A stretch of DNA of 64,000 nt, from contig OX597831.1 in assembly GCA_951406725.2 (NCBI GenBank), forward strand, positions 30,752,001 to 30,816,000, in the 5' to 3' direction. The position numbers and the translations under genes were made by a program. Below, piece by piece: positions 14,061 through 28,334 of this stretch. The DNA is from Octopus vulgaris. Taxonomy: Eukaryota. Each line of letters begins with the position of its first letter. The stretch's first letter is position 1. Under the pieces are notes generated by a model. It worked only from the letters and a program-made list of their open reading frames with translations, ran no database searches and had not been told where the DNA came from.

Positions 14061-14707
14061 AATTAATGTATAAACCACGCTCATTTTATGATTCAAACAC
14101 AAACCTGCAAACTAGAAGTTACTTCTACTAATTATGCACATCTTGTACCTCCCCCGCTATAACTTGGATTTGCGGAGTCTAAATGAACTCTAAATGATTG
14201 GTCATAGAACAACGAAGCAACGTTAATGAAATTCGAATTAGAATCACAGTTGTCACTAAGCTGATTACCTCTTTGAATCTGCTCACTATGGTTATCAACC
14301 GAGTTTGGAATTTTCAAAAGGAATCATTTGAATTCACTTCAGTTCAATCACCTTATATTCTTCAGAACATAAGAAAAAAGAATCCATGGAAATCGTCCGT
14401 CATTAAGAGCATTGTTTAACTACTAATTAATTGCATATATAATATATTGATTAATTCCTTACAAGTTCACCACATTTTAACGTGACCAAGCAACCAGTAA
14501 TGGGTATTAATAGTTTTCATTAGATAATCGAAACTAGATTTACTGGTTTTGTTGAAACGATTGACACGTTTCATTTGCATTATCTTCTTCGGAGTTAAGC
14601 TGTAAAACCAAGACTGAAACCGTTTTCTTACAATCTCTTCTTTGCATTGAAAAAAAAAGGATAAACGCCTTACACTTTGAATGTGTTTCTTCCCTCATGT
14701 AGTATTA

Positions 14708-15460
14708 TTATGAGGCAGTGAGCATGTAGAATCGTTAGTATTTCGGACTAAATGTTTAGCGGCATTTCTTCCGGTTCTTTACGTTCTGGGTTCAAATTCC
14801 TTTTGGGAGTCGATAAAATAAGTACCAATTGATTACTGAGGTCGAATTTATCGATTTGCCCATACCCCGAAATTTCAGGCCTTGTACCTATTGTAGAAAG
14901 GATTATGAAGGAATGAGCTGGTAAAATCGTTAGTAAAATGTTTAGCCGCATTCCATCCGGTTCTTTACGTTCTGGGTTCAAATTCCTTTTGGGAGTCGAT
15001 AAAATAAGTACCAAGTGATTACTGAGGTCGAATTTATCGATTTACCCATCCCTCGAAATTTCAGGCCTTGTACCTATTGTAGAAATGATTATTATGAAGT
15101 AATGAGCTGGTAGAATCGTTGGCAAAATGTTTAGCCGCATTCCTTCCGGTTCTTTACGTTCTGGGTTCAAATTCCTTTTGGGAGTCGATGAAATAAATAC
15201 CAATTGATTACTGAGGTCGAATTTATCGATTTGCCCATACCCCGAAATTTCAGGCCTTGTAGCTATTGTAGAAAAGATTATTATGAAGCAATGAGCTGGT
15301 AGAATCGTTAGCAAAATGTTTAGCGGCATTCCTTCCGGTTCTTTACAAGCTGAGTTCAATCCCGCCGAGGTCAACTCAATCTATTCGAGGTCGATATAGC
15401 AATGCATCATTCAAGTAGTGGGATCGATGTAATCGACTTAACCTTTCCCCTTACAATTTT
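14708..15460 (+). repeat. Tandem array (~189-195 bp period, ~4 units) of family-2 SINEs sharing an internal deletion
   Basis: tgagc at 14719, 14914, 15103, 15292; units 1-3 read caaattcc-ttttgggagtcg and lack gccgaggtcgactttgcctttcat. Confidence 0.9.
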
Positions 15461-15467
15461 GGACGGA

Positions 15468-15803
15468 ACAATTTATCGACCCCGAAAGGATGAAAGGCAA
15501 AGTCGAGCTCGGCAGAATTTGAACTCAGAACGTAAAGACAGACGAAATAACGCTGAACATTTCGCCCGGCGTGCTAACGGTTCTTATTTCTTTATTGCCC
15601 ACAAGGGGCTAAACATAGAGGGAACAAACAAGGACAGACAAAGGCATTAAGTCGATTACATAACTGGTACTTAATTTATCGACCCCAAAAGAATTAAAGG
15701 TAAAGTCGAACTCGGCAGAATTTGAACTCAGAACGTAACGGCAAATGAAATAACGCTAAACATTTCGTCCGGCGTGCTAACGCTTCTGCCAGCTCGCCGT
15801 CTT
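15468..15803 (-). mobile_element. Family-2 SINE dimer: tail-B copy joined to a second copy at its A box
   Basis: Minus-strand junction ...gggcaataaagaaata|agaaccgttagcacgccggg near 15585. Confidence 0.88.
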
Positions 15804-15909
15804 AATAGAGAGGGAGGCACTTGCCTTCTCGCGTATCTTACGAAATGTGGAACAGAAACTGAGAGATGTTGGTGGTTTCGATATTTACAGTGGGGTCGAT
15901 ATAATCAGC

Positions 15910-16123
15910 TCTTATCTTTTACTTGTTTTAGTCACTGGACTGTGACCATGCTGGGGCACCACCTTGAAGGTTTTTAGAATGAATAGAACGTCGTACATAA
16001 TTCTTTAAAACCTGGTACTTATTTCATTTTGCCGAACCGCTAAGTTACGGGGACTTAAACACACCAGCATCGGTTGTCAAAGAATGGCTGGGGGGGGGGG
16101 ACAAACACACACATACACACACG

Positions 16124-16218
<95 letters not shown>

Positions 16219-16387
16219 ATATAAGACGGGCCTCTTTCAGTTTCCATCTACCAAATCCACTCTTAATGCTTTGGTTGACTCGGGTCTATAGTAGAAGGCA
16301 TTTGCCCAAGTTGTTACACAGTAGAATTGAACTCGGAACCGTGTGGTTGAAAAGCAGATTTCTTACCAGACAGCCACGTCTGCGCCT
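15910..16387 (-). mobile_element. SINE family 1 copy
   Basis: Reverse complement of head and tail, with internal (TATC)(TC)(TA)n. Confidence 0.9.
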
Positions 16388-16431
16388 TAATCTGGTTCAA
16401 TTTATTGTAATTCCTTATCACTCCACTTTCT

Positions 16432-16467
<36 letters not shown>

Positions 16468-16494
16468 CACACACTTACACGTACGCATATCGAC

Positions 16495-16868
16495 GCACTC
16501 CGTCGGTTACGACGACGAGGGTTCCGGTTGATCCGATCAACGGAACAGCCTGCTCGTGAAATTAACGTGTAAGTGGCTGAGCACTCCACAGACACGTGTA
16601 CCCTTAACGCAGTTCTCGGGGATGTTCAGCGTGACACAGATAGTGACAAGGCCGGCCCTTTGAAATACAGGTACAACAGAAATAGGAAGTAAGAGTGAGA
16701 GAAAGTTGTGGTGAAAGAGTACAGCAGGGATCACCACCATCCCTGCCGGAGCCTCGTGGAGCTTTAGGTGTTTCCGCTCAATAAACACTCACAACGCCCG
16801 ATCTGGGAATCGAAACCGCGATCCTACGACCGCGAGTCCGCTGCCCTAACCGCTGGGCCATTGCGCCT
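16495..16868 (-). mobile_element. tRNA-derived SINE family 3 (resembles described octopus OR-type SINEs)
   Basis: Minus-strand head aggcgcaatggcccagcggttagggcagcggactcgcggtcgtaggatcgcggtttcgattccc (A/B boxes); same element at 50528-50912. Confidence 0.9.
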
Positions 16869-17157
16869 GTACTATTATACACATAAACGCACTCGCGTAA
16901 AGCGTACAATGCTTAGCATTGTTTGTTTTGGCCCTTGTGGCTAATAAAGGAATAATTATTAATAATTTGTTCTTCGACATGAGCAAATCGATAAAAACAT
17001 AAACATCACATCAAAAATAGCAGAAATAACGATACGGAAGAAACAAGAGGCTGGTAATCCACACAGTTGAAGACGTATACAAAGTTATACGCGTATACGC
17101 ACAGATATACACTTGCACACATAACTATTGATAATCGTATTCACACACACACACGCA

Positions 17158-17206
<49 letters not shown>

Positions 17207-17477
17207 ACACACATTCACACACACGCACATATTTAGATATACACGCAGGCACACACATAACTATGTATCCAGATAAATGTAGACCTATGCCATGCACAAA
17301 TAGATACAACGACGTACATATATGTAGAGGAGATATAAACCTACACACGTGCATACAAATATGGAATAATCCAAACATACTTAGATACAGGAGCATGCGC
17401 ACACGCACAGTCGTCTAGCAAGATACACGCTCACATTGACGAATACCTATACATATATAATTACATGATTTACCAAC

Positions 17478-17915
<438 letters not shown>

Positions 17916-18024
17916 TGCACCTGGACACACATACACACGGCTATCAGGCTACTGATAATGGTTTTAAACTAAAGACATTTAAATAGTGCCTCCTACGGCG
18001 ATGTGTTTTCACTTGTACTGTTGG

Positions 18025-18434
18025 TTTAATGGTTGTGGTGGTGGTGGTGGTGGTAGTAGTGGTGGTGGTAGTGGTGGTGGTGATGGTGGTGGTGGTAAGA
18101 GATGATGGTCACTGAGATGGTTGTGATATACTGCTGATGATGAGTGGTGATGGTAGCGGCGGCGGAGATGGTGGCATGGGTATAAATGGCGGGGAAGGTC
18201 ATGGTATGGCTGTGAGGGAACGATGGCAGAGGTGATAATGGTCGTAACATTTATGATGGCAGAGGTGTTGGTGATGGTGGTGCTGGTGCTGGTGCTGGTG
18301 CTGGTGGCGGCGGTGGTCTTGCTGGTGGTGTGGATGCAGAAGTGTAGTTGCGAGATAACGATAATAGTGTTATTGGTAGAAATGGTGAGGCTAGCGGTAA
18401 GAGGTAATATTCATGTTGTCATTGATACTAGTAA

Positions 18435-18465
<31 letters not shown>

Positions 18466-19658
18466 GGTGGTGGTGCTGGTGGTGCTGGTGCTGGTGATAT
18501 TAGCTATGGCGACATGTTGGGGATGTATGATATGGGTGATGGGTCTTGAAAGTGTGGCGTTGCATTGCCACTGTTGGTGTTCCTGATGGTTGGATGATAC
18601 CAGTTACGCACTGGGGTCGATGTAATCCACTCAATCCGTTTGTCTGTCCTTGTTTGTCCCTTCTGTGTTGAGCGCCTTGTGGGTAGTAAAGAAATAGGAT
18701 GATCATGCCATGGCGATAGGAGTCTAGTGGTGGCGTTAGCAGCAGTGAAGAAGCTGGTATTGGTGCTGGTGGTTGTGATGGTCATGGTCATGGTAGAAGC
18801 AGTAGCTGTGGTGGAAGCGGTGGTGATTGTGGACGAGGTGGTTGTGGTGCTGGCGAAGGCGGGGGTCGTGGTGGTGATTTTGGTGGTAGTGATGGTGTTA
18901 GTGGTGGTGGCAGCAGCGGCAGCGGCTGTGGCAACGGTGGCATCAGCAGCGGTGGTGGCGAAGGCGGTGTTTGTAATGGTTGTGGTGGTGGTTTTGGTAG
19001 TGGTGGCAACAGCGGTGGTGGAAGTAGTGTTGTTGTTGTTGTCGGTGGTGGTGGTGGTGGTGGTGGTGGTGGTGGTGGTGGTGGTGGTAATGTCGATGAT
19101 AGGACGAATTATATTAGTCGTGACAAGTGCTGGTCGTGAGATGGTAAAATGCATTGCTTTTGCTGTTGTTGTTGTTGTTGTTGTTGTTGATTGTGGTATG
19201 GTAATGTGCGACAGGCATGAGATGGTGCCCTTGTATTAGTGGAGGCGTTGGTGGTGATGGTCGAGGTCGGAAAGATACGTCTGTCGAGAGATACTGCTTC
19301 TTTGTTGGTACGGCGTTGGGGTTGTTAGTGGTGGTATTAATGGTTATGTACTTATTAGACTATGATGACAATGGCTGTACGATGGTGGGTCTTGTGAAGC
19401 TAGCGGTGGTGGTTGTGGCAGAGGAAAAGGAAGAGAAGAAGGTTGTGATAATTGTGGTGATGGTAGTGGTGGTAGTGGTGGTGGTAGTTTAATGGCGGCA
19501 TATGTTTATTGTTAGAAGTGTTGAAATATGATCCCTCAAGACATGTCTAAATCAATGGACACTTGATAAGTTGGACTACATCGAAGCTATGGTAGCAATA
19601 ACGACGATGATGACGATGGTGATGATGACGATAGTGGTGATGGTGATGGTGGTGATGG

Positions 19659-19692
<34 letters not shown>

Positions 19693-19910
19693 GGTGGTGA
19701 TGTATGACGTTGATGATGATGATGGCGACGGCGATGACAACGATAGCGACGACAGCAATAATGACGATCTCGAAGATGATGATGAGGGGGAGGAAGAGGT
19801 GAAAGTGGGGAAGAAGGAGGTAGGAAAGATGGTGTACGAGGTGAAAAGGAAGAGAAATTGAAGGAGAGTGGTCATGTGATTAATGATGATGATGATGATG
19901 ATGGTGATGG

Positions 19911-19942
<32 letters not shown>

Positions 19943-19962
19943 GTGGTGATGATGATGATGGC

Positions 19963-20052
<90 letters not shown>

Positions 20053-20072
20053 GATGATGGTGATGATGATGG

Positions 20073-20108
<36 letters not shown>

Positions 20109-20126
20109 CGATGGTGATGATGATGG

Positions 20127-20175
<49 letters not shown>

Positions 20176-20198
20176 GATGATGATGGTGATGATGATGG

Positions 20199-20240
<42 letters not shown>

Positions 20241-20296
20241 CGATGGTGATGATGATGGTGATGATGATGATGATGATGATGGTGATGATGACGACG

Positions 20297-20327
<31 letters not shown>

Positions 20328-20706
20328 TGTAGGCGATTATGCTTTCGGTGAAGGTGATTCTGGCGCTGACATCGGTTGTGGTGGTAGTGATGACGGCGGC
20401 GGTGGTTGTAGTGGTGGTGGCGGTGGTAGTGTGTGTGTGGGTGGTTGTTGGTTCGAATGGTGATTATGAATCCAATAATGCATACGGCATTCTTCCTCCA
20501 TCTAATTGGTTTTTATCATCGTCGAAAATATTCACTAAGTTTTCCTTCTTTCGATTTCGTTGTTAACGTCGTCTGCTTCGCCTTTTTTTGTCTTTTCTGT
20601 TTCTACTCTCCTGAATAAATCTCCCCGTATAACAAACCATTATTCTTATTATTAATATCGACCTCGTCACCACCACCAGCACCACCACCACCACCACCAG
20701 CACCAC

Positions 20707-20740
<34 letters not shown>

Positions 20741-20834
20741 GTCATCGTCATCGTCATCATCATCGTCATCATCATCATCATCATCATCGTCATCATCATC
20801 ATCGTCGTCGTCGTCGTTGTCGTTGTCGTCGTCG

Positions 20835-20866
<32 letters not shown>

Positions 20867-20879
20867 GTCGTCGTCGTCG

Positions 20880-20951
<72 letters not shown>

Positions 20952-20981
20952 TCATCGTCGTCGTCGTCGTCGTCGTCGTCG

Positions 20982-21012
<31 letters not shown>

Positions 21013-21202
21013 TATCATCATCATCATCATAAGTGTTATTATATGATTATGTCATTGATGTTGTAGCTGCAGCTGCCGCTGAGATGTTCTCGCAGTTATC
21101 GTCATCAAGGATGATGTTATTATTATGTTATTATTTATGGTTTGTGATTGACGTTCTCGTTGTTGCGATCGGGATTGATGTCGATTTTGTTATTGCTGTT
21201 AC

Positions 21203-21239
<37 letters not shown>

Positions 21240-21242
21240 GAA
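18025..21242. repeat. 3.2-kb trinucleotide low-complexity domain: (GGT)n, (GTT)n, (GAT)n, then (CAT)n/(CGT)n
   Basis: Visible; yields spurious poly-V/T/D/M/S ORFs. Confidence 0.95.
18599..18696 (+). mobile_element. 5'-truncated solo tail-B SINE copy with 7-bp target-site duplication
   Basis: GGATGAT at 18592-18598 and 18697-18703 flanks accagttacgcactggggtcgatg...gggtagtaaagaaata. Confidence 0.85.
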
Positions 21243-21727
21243 ATCAAGTGTTTCTTGATTAAGCAAGCGGCCATATGTTTTAGCACATTTTTTGATAGAT
21301 TTTCTCTTCTTTTCTTTCTCTTCTTTTTTTTTGTTCTCTCAAGAACATCGTATTTAATTTGATAGGAACAAAAGAACGTCAAAGAAAGAAAGAAAGAAAG
21401 GAAAAATCAAGACGAAAAAGTAAAAATTAAAGAAAGGGAGGAATGAGAGGAAGAAGTTAATATTTCCACCCTAAAGAGCTGATACCCAGAACATTACGAA
21501 GATTCGACAGTGAGAGGTCAGCCGTTCGGGCAGTGTCTTCTTCTCGGATTATACTAAGCATGCTCTCAGGATAAGATAAGTTATGAACTGATATAAGATG
21601 AATTAAAGACAAAACATTAAATATTTCATCTAAAAACACGACTTTTCACTAATCATTTACTTTGGTTTTAGTTTTTTATCATGTATGTTATTTCATGATT
21701 TCGCATACAACCACACTGCTAAATATA

Positions 21728-21743
21728 TTTCTCTCTCTCTCTG

Positions 21744-21802
<59 letters not shown>

Positions 21803-21831
21803 CTGTCTGTCTGTTTGTCCAGCTGTCTATC

Positions 21832-21867
<36 letters not shown>

Positions 21868-21905
21868 TGTATGTATGTATGTATGTATGTATGTATGTAT
21901 GTATG

Positions 21906-21993
<88 letters not shown>
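21728..21993. repeat. Compound microsatellite (CT)(TCTA)(TATG)(TA)(GATA)n
   Basis: Visible. Confidence 0.96.
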
Positions 21994-23172
21994 CGTGTGT
22001 GTGCATATATGGGCACAGGACGTCATAAAATGTAAACAACATGAAATACGAAAACAACTGGATATACGGAATACGAGACAAACTTGGGTATGCAAACAAC
22101 TAGAGAAACAAATGGAAAGCAAGACAAGTAACATAAAGAACGACCCTAAATCATTTATCGGTTGTCTATCTACTCCTCATTTCAAACATATATATATACA
22201 AAAATGTTTGATTTGAAAACCCCACTAGAATGGGAGAAAGCGCTAATGATCTAAGTGATAGAATATATATATAAAAAATGTAATATACAAATAAATATCT
22301 GTAAATATAAACCATCCGATTTTCTGAGTACCTCATTTCTTCTAGTACATACAAACATATACATACGTATATACATAGAGACATATACATATAAAACACA
22401 CACACACGTATGAAGTGAGACAAAGGGATAAAAAGAGACTATTGTTGTATCGTGCAGAATTGTTTCTCTACTGGAAAACTCCTTCCTCCACTTGGAAACA
22501 ATGTTTGTTTGAGGTTACAATTTATCACAGCGAAAGCTACCAAATTTCGTGACACTTCAAGTTATTATCAAATTGTACTTCAGTCGGGTACCAAATCAGA
22601 ATGCGTACTAAAGAGTGAACACTACTAAATATACCAATTGTCAATCGATAAGGCTTCCAAATTCTTAAACTACGGAACTATTTGCTTATTGGCAGCCGTG
22701 AGTTCTCCACAACAATTCTTTAAGTAGCTTCGGTTGTTCCACATTCATGTCATTCTGTTGACTAATTGAAGGCATCGTTCCTTGCATGATATAGTACCAC
22801 TTGCATCAAAAATTCGCTGCTTTACTTCATGTAATTCAGTAATTTACAACAACACCCGTAGCATGTGTCTGTCGAATATTTAATTGTGTATTTATAGGGC
22901 GGGAGAATAATAAAAACATTCGAGAGTCGGTCTGAATGGGTGATGGTATTTCGTTTGAAACTTTTTCCGTATCAACATAGCTACTCATTTATTCAACAAG
23001 CATAAACAACCAAGCTGATGCACTACACACACACACACACACACACACACAGTCTTCTCATAGATTGCACACATGAATGTAAGTAAAGCATACATACATC
23101 GTTCTCGGGATCTCTGTCCGTTTCTCATCTCACACACTCTTTCTCCCCTTTTTCTCTCTCAATGTATGTACG

Positions 23173-23218
<46 letters not shown>

Positions 23219-23278
23219 TACGATTCTGTGTGAGTGTGTGTGTGTTTATTCATATATATATATGTATGTATATATATA

Positions 23279-23334
<56 letters not shown>

Positions 23335-24090
23335 ATATATATGTATATATATATATATATATATAATAATAAATATTAGGGAATGAATCCAAAATTACAG
23401 GGAAAAATCAGATTTAGGGTTAAATCCAATTTTATAGTAAAATATTATATAATATAATTCGAGACAAAACCACTATTTTAAAACCAAACAAGGAAAGACT
23501 TAATCAATACATAAAATTTTTATATAAATTAAATAAATAAATAAAATAAATATATATACATACATACATACATACATATATAGGCATATATGTATATATA
23601 TATATACACACATATATATATGCACATTCTCAAAAACACACATACACGAATTCATAAACAAACATATCAATTTCTCTTTTATTATGTTCTATCATTACGT
23701 AGACCGCTCAATCTATCAGCGAAAGTCAGCTCACTATATTTGGGTGAATAAACACGCGCCTGCGCAAACACACACACACACAAGCACACAAACAATAAAT
23801 CTATTTTGGTGGTGAACCATCAATCCCCAGACACGAAGAAATCCCAAGAGGCCTATTTCTCTATATCATCAATTTCAGATATCTAGCTAAAACCTCGAAA
23901 ATTAACCATATATATCAATCATATCTCTTCTCAATGCTTGATATCACATCAATCTTGGCACAAACAAGATATATGGTGAAACTGTAAATTATATACTGGA
24001 TATAAATTCTTGCTTAATTCCGGAAAAAGGAAGAATACTACGTATCAGAAATGTTCTTATTTATGTTTTCATCCAAGTTGGCGTTTATCG

Positions 24091-24222
24091 TACAAAACCT
24101 TTGATCAAGAGGTACAAAACCTTTGATCAAGAGGTACAAAACCTTTGATCAAGAGGTACACAACCTTTGATCAAGAGGTACAAAACCTTTGATCAAGAGG
24201 TACAAAACCTTTGATCAAGAGG
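24091..24222. repeat. 22-bp minisatellite (TACAAAACCTTTGATCAAGAGG) x6
   Basis: Six contiguous copies with one substitution in copy 4; each contains palindrome TTGATCAA and CCTTTGATC. Confidence 0.97.
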
Positions 24223-24819
24223 TAACTGTGATCATCGCTTCGCGAAGAACCTCTAGTACCACATAATACAATATATCCATCGTTTTATACGAAGATACAG
24301 TATCATTTTGATGAAGATTTAGATGGTCTAAATGTATATGCGTTGAAATGTGAAATGGATCAGTACAAGCTAATAATAGTAAACTTCCATGCGACTTCGG
24401 ATGCACGGTCCCCGTAGCAGAAACAGCTGTAAGATATTAAAAAGAATTTCGCAACTACACCTTTTCTTTCAGCCCCTTCATACTTACTTCATTCTTTCCA
24501 CTTTTCTTTTTCTCGCTCCCCCACTCACATTCTTTGGCCTTCCCTTCATTCTCACTTTCCATCCTCTTTTATCTCACTCTGTCACTTTTCTTTTTTTTCT
24601 TTCTTTCTCGTCCCTCTCTAGTTCTTCAATTCCTCTGCCCTTACCTCTCTCCTCTCCTTCCACGTGACCGGTGTTCCACAAAGTCTAACCTATCCTTCTT
24701 GGTTCGACTACCATCTGTGTAGCATCTCTTATATTCCTTCCCATGACTTTCATCTCTTATGTCCCTGCCGTAAGACTTCACGTCCACACACACCAGCTTA
24801 ATTTAATTCGTCCTTAGTC

Positions 24820-25135
24820 GAAAGACACCTGTTGTTAATGTCCTGTTGCTTGTATTTGTAATTGTGTACCATATCTCCGTTTTTTCGTCCTTGTTTTTGT
24901 ATACACTCGCTTGCTTTCTTCCAAGCAATCTAATGCTCTTGGCTTAAATTTTCTTGGGGTCGGCCATATTGGAGCAGGCCGGCCAGATTGGAGAGTGCAA
25001 CCGGCCGAAACTGCTGCGATAATCTGGAACTCGACTGGGGATAGAAAGCCCGAATAACCAGTCCTTGATTTTCCTGTCCTTTTTTTGTATCGTCTGGATG
25101 TTTTCTTGTCGCCTGTTAAGCTCTTGTTCCATTTT
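24820..25135 (+). mobile_element. Dispersed repeat (probably PLE-derived); second copy at 29770-29866 on the opposite strand
   Basis: gcgataatctggaactcgactg...gtatcgtctggatgtttt matches the reverse complement of 29770-29866. Confidence 0.55.
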
Positions 25136-25198
<63 letters not shown>

Positions 25199-25251
25199 AT
25201 ATATATACATATATACGTATACATACATATCTGTATCTCTGTTCTCTCAAT

Positions 25252-25334
<83 letters not shown>

Positions 25335-25724
25335 CTATTTGTAAACCTGTCTAGCATAGAGTAAGAGTGTATCAAACTTAACTGACAGACAGCAGTTGTT
25401 ACAAGCAGGAACAGCTGACGAGCAGTAAAACTAAATTGCCTAAATTTTTGCAACAAATAACATGTTGCTTAGTAATGTATTCAAACGCTATATATCACTG
25501 ATGTGGATGACTCTTAATATTGTATTGACACGGTGAACTCTCAGCAGTGAGCGCCAGACAACAACACCTGTGACTGTTGGGGTATCGCCTTTATTTCTAA
25601 TTAGAAGCTATTACAACGTACGAAGAGCTTTTATATAACTGTAGGATACAAATATTGGCTTTGGGTTTAATCTGCATAAAACAAAAACACGTATTTCTTC
25701 TGGTGAAGTTCTACCTGAGTGGCA

Positions 25725-25865
25725 CAAGGTTTACTTCTCAATCGCATGGTTCTAGGTTCAATCTTACAACGTGACACCTTGGGTAGGTGTCTTCTGCTAT
25801 AACCCGGGGTTGATCAAATCTTTGCGAGTGGACTTTGCAGGTGGAAATTGAATGAAGACCGTCGT
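25725..25865 (+). mobile_element. SINE family 1, degenerate 5' half
   Basis: catggttctaggttcaatc...caccttgggtaggtgtcttctgctataacccgggg...gaagaccgtcgt. Confidence 0.75.
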
Positions 25866-25880
25866 GTGTGTGTGTGTGTG

Positions 25881-25914
<34 letters not shown>

Positions 25915-25918
25915 TATA

Positions 25919-26022
<104 letters not shown>

Positions 26023-26101
26023 TACATATGTATTTATATATGTATGTATGTAGTGTGTGTGTGTATGTATATGTATATATGGGTGTGTGTGTGTGTGTGT
26101 G

Positions 26102-26164
<63 letters not shown>

Positions 26165-26219
26165 CTGGATGACGTGTTTTATATGTAGGTATGCAATTAT
26201 GCGTGTATCTCGTATATCT

Positions 26220-26455
26220 TTCCTCGTTTATCTTTCATTGTTTAGCTTCAATTATTCCAGTCATTAGGCTGCAAATAATACTGAGTCACCCTTGAAGGGT
26301 TTAGTCGAACAATCAACCACTACTTTCTCTTTTAAGCCTGCTACTTATTTTATTAGGAACACTTTGCCGCACCGCTAATCTTAAGGAGGCGGAAACAAAC
26401 CAGTACCGGTTGGCAAGCGGTGGTGGAGGACAAACAGAGACACAAAGACGACACT
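26220..26455 (-). mobile_element. SINE family 1, degenerate 3' half
   Basis: ccgctaa...aaacaaaccagtaccggttggcaagcggtggtggaggacaaacagagacac. Confidence 0.7.
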
Positions 26456-26499
26456 CATATATATACTAACATACACATATACATACATACACACACACA

Positions 26500-26853
<354 letters not shown>

Positions 26854-28334
26854 CATTCAATTATACCTTACGATGTTTCCTTTGTATATGCAACAGACAA
26901 GGTTTAATAATTGCAAATCAATTTGTAAGCGGGAAAAGTATATTCAAGCTACCAAATGCTAAAACAGAAAACCATAAATACATGTATGTATGCGTCTGCC
27001 TGTATATATATATAGAGAGAGAGAGGGGGGGCGAGTTGTATGTGTGCGTATGTGTGTTGTCTTATGTTTTGTTTAAGACAATGGAAACAAGAGAAAATAT
27101 AAACTGCTTTGCACACATGCAATATATAAAAATAATCTTCCTTCTCACGTGTGTGTGTGCTGTGGGGGTATTGTGTTACAAAATGTACTGAATTGAAAAG
27201 AAGCCATGAATTGGCAGATAAAGCGGTATTTACATGCATATTGTCCCAATTTACCATGCTCAAGAACTGTTGTTATCAGCAACATTCTACCATTGTAAAG
27301 AATTATAAAGAAGTTTTTGAGAAGAAAAAATAATGTAGATTAAAACAAAAGAAAAATCTGTAACGAAGCAACCACGCCTACTCCAATTTCCCCTGGAAAA
27401 AAAAAGAAGAAAACTGAACGAAAGGAAAGCAAATGCATAAGACTAAAATGGCGTCCAAGACAGTTGATTGAGATATTTCTGATAGGACTTTAATGAACTT
27501 TTTTTTCTGTTTATTATCCGAAGTGAAAACAGGCAGGAAACCAACTCTCTGAACATCCTGTAGAGTGTTTACATAAAAAAATGCTATCACTGTTGTATGC
27601 ATGTGTGTATGTGTATGTGTGTGTCTGCCTGTGTGTCTGTCTGTCTCAATATATGTATATGTGTATATGTGTTTGAATGTATGTGTGTGTGTGTGTACAA
27701 GTGCGTGTAAAAGTGTTTCGTCGAACGGAATTATGATTTATGATTAAAAAACTATGACGTCATTGATATCACTAAGAGACTGCAAGTTTGTTTTTTTTAA
27801 TTATCATTTTATATACTTTTGTTTTATATGCCTGTTTGCTGGATGTCCTCCTCGCACCATAGTCCATTCCGCGACCACTGCCCACGTTCTTAGCCGTCCG
27901 TGTTACAAATAAAACAGTTTTCATATTTTTTTTAAACGTTCTGTTTTGTATTTTCAACCCATCCACCACTCATTTGTCTTCAACCGTGTTTAGACAAATC
28001 CGAGCGAAGTACTCAGCTTTCCCTCTCTCTCATCTTTCAGGTTCTGAAATTTTCTAATTGCAAGGTCATATCTTTTATCGGCCACAGCACATGAGAGTAA
28101 ATTTTAACCAATAAGGACCGTAAATATCACAGGTATTTCGTTTGAGGCCCTGTACACATTGCTCAACCCTTCCACTTTAAAACTGTGACAACCCGGAGTT
28201 TCTTTTCTTTTTCTTTCCTGCCACTTTGATATAACTAATCTAAGAGTGGAGGAGATCAAACTACTCTGAGTAACAACACTACTTCAGAAAAGTTAAAAAA
28301 ATATCCCCATATAGGATTCAGGAATACTTTTGGA

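Noticed and set aside
14132-14317. 61-aa minus-strand ORF in unique sequence as a terminal exon
   Set aside because: In-frame stop immediately upstream, TTG start, no convincing splice acceptor or recognisable motif.
16790-16868. Bona fide tRNA gene
   Set aside because: The tRNA-like head continues directly into a SINE body and is repeated at 50528; acceptor-stem closure and a Pol III terminator are not evident.
18504-19239. Thr-rich mucin-like and Val-rich ORFs
   Set aside because: Translations of degenerate (GGT)n/(ACC)n repeats; one frame runs through a SINE insertion.
19858-20463. 201-aa poly-Asp ORF (and overlapping poly-Met frame) as an acidic biomineralisation-type protein
   Set aside because: Pure (GAT)n microsatellite open in several frames, with a non-ATG start and no signal peptide or splice evidence.
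22700-22860. Tc1-like transposase C-terminal remnant (ELHEVKQRIFDA, cacccgta end)
   Set aside because: Too short and degenerate; no matching second TIR found.
24091-24222. CRISPR-like array (palindromic 22-bp repeats)
   Set aside because: Repeats are contiguous with no spacers, there are no cas genes, and the context is eukaryotic.
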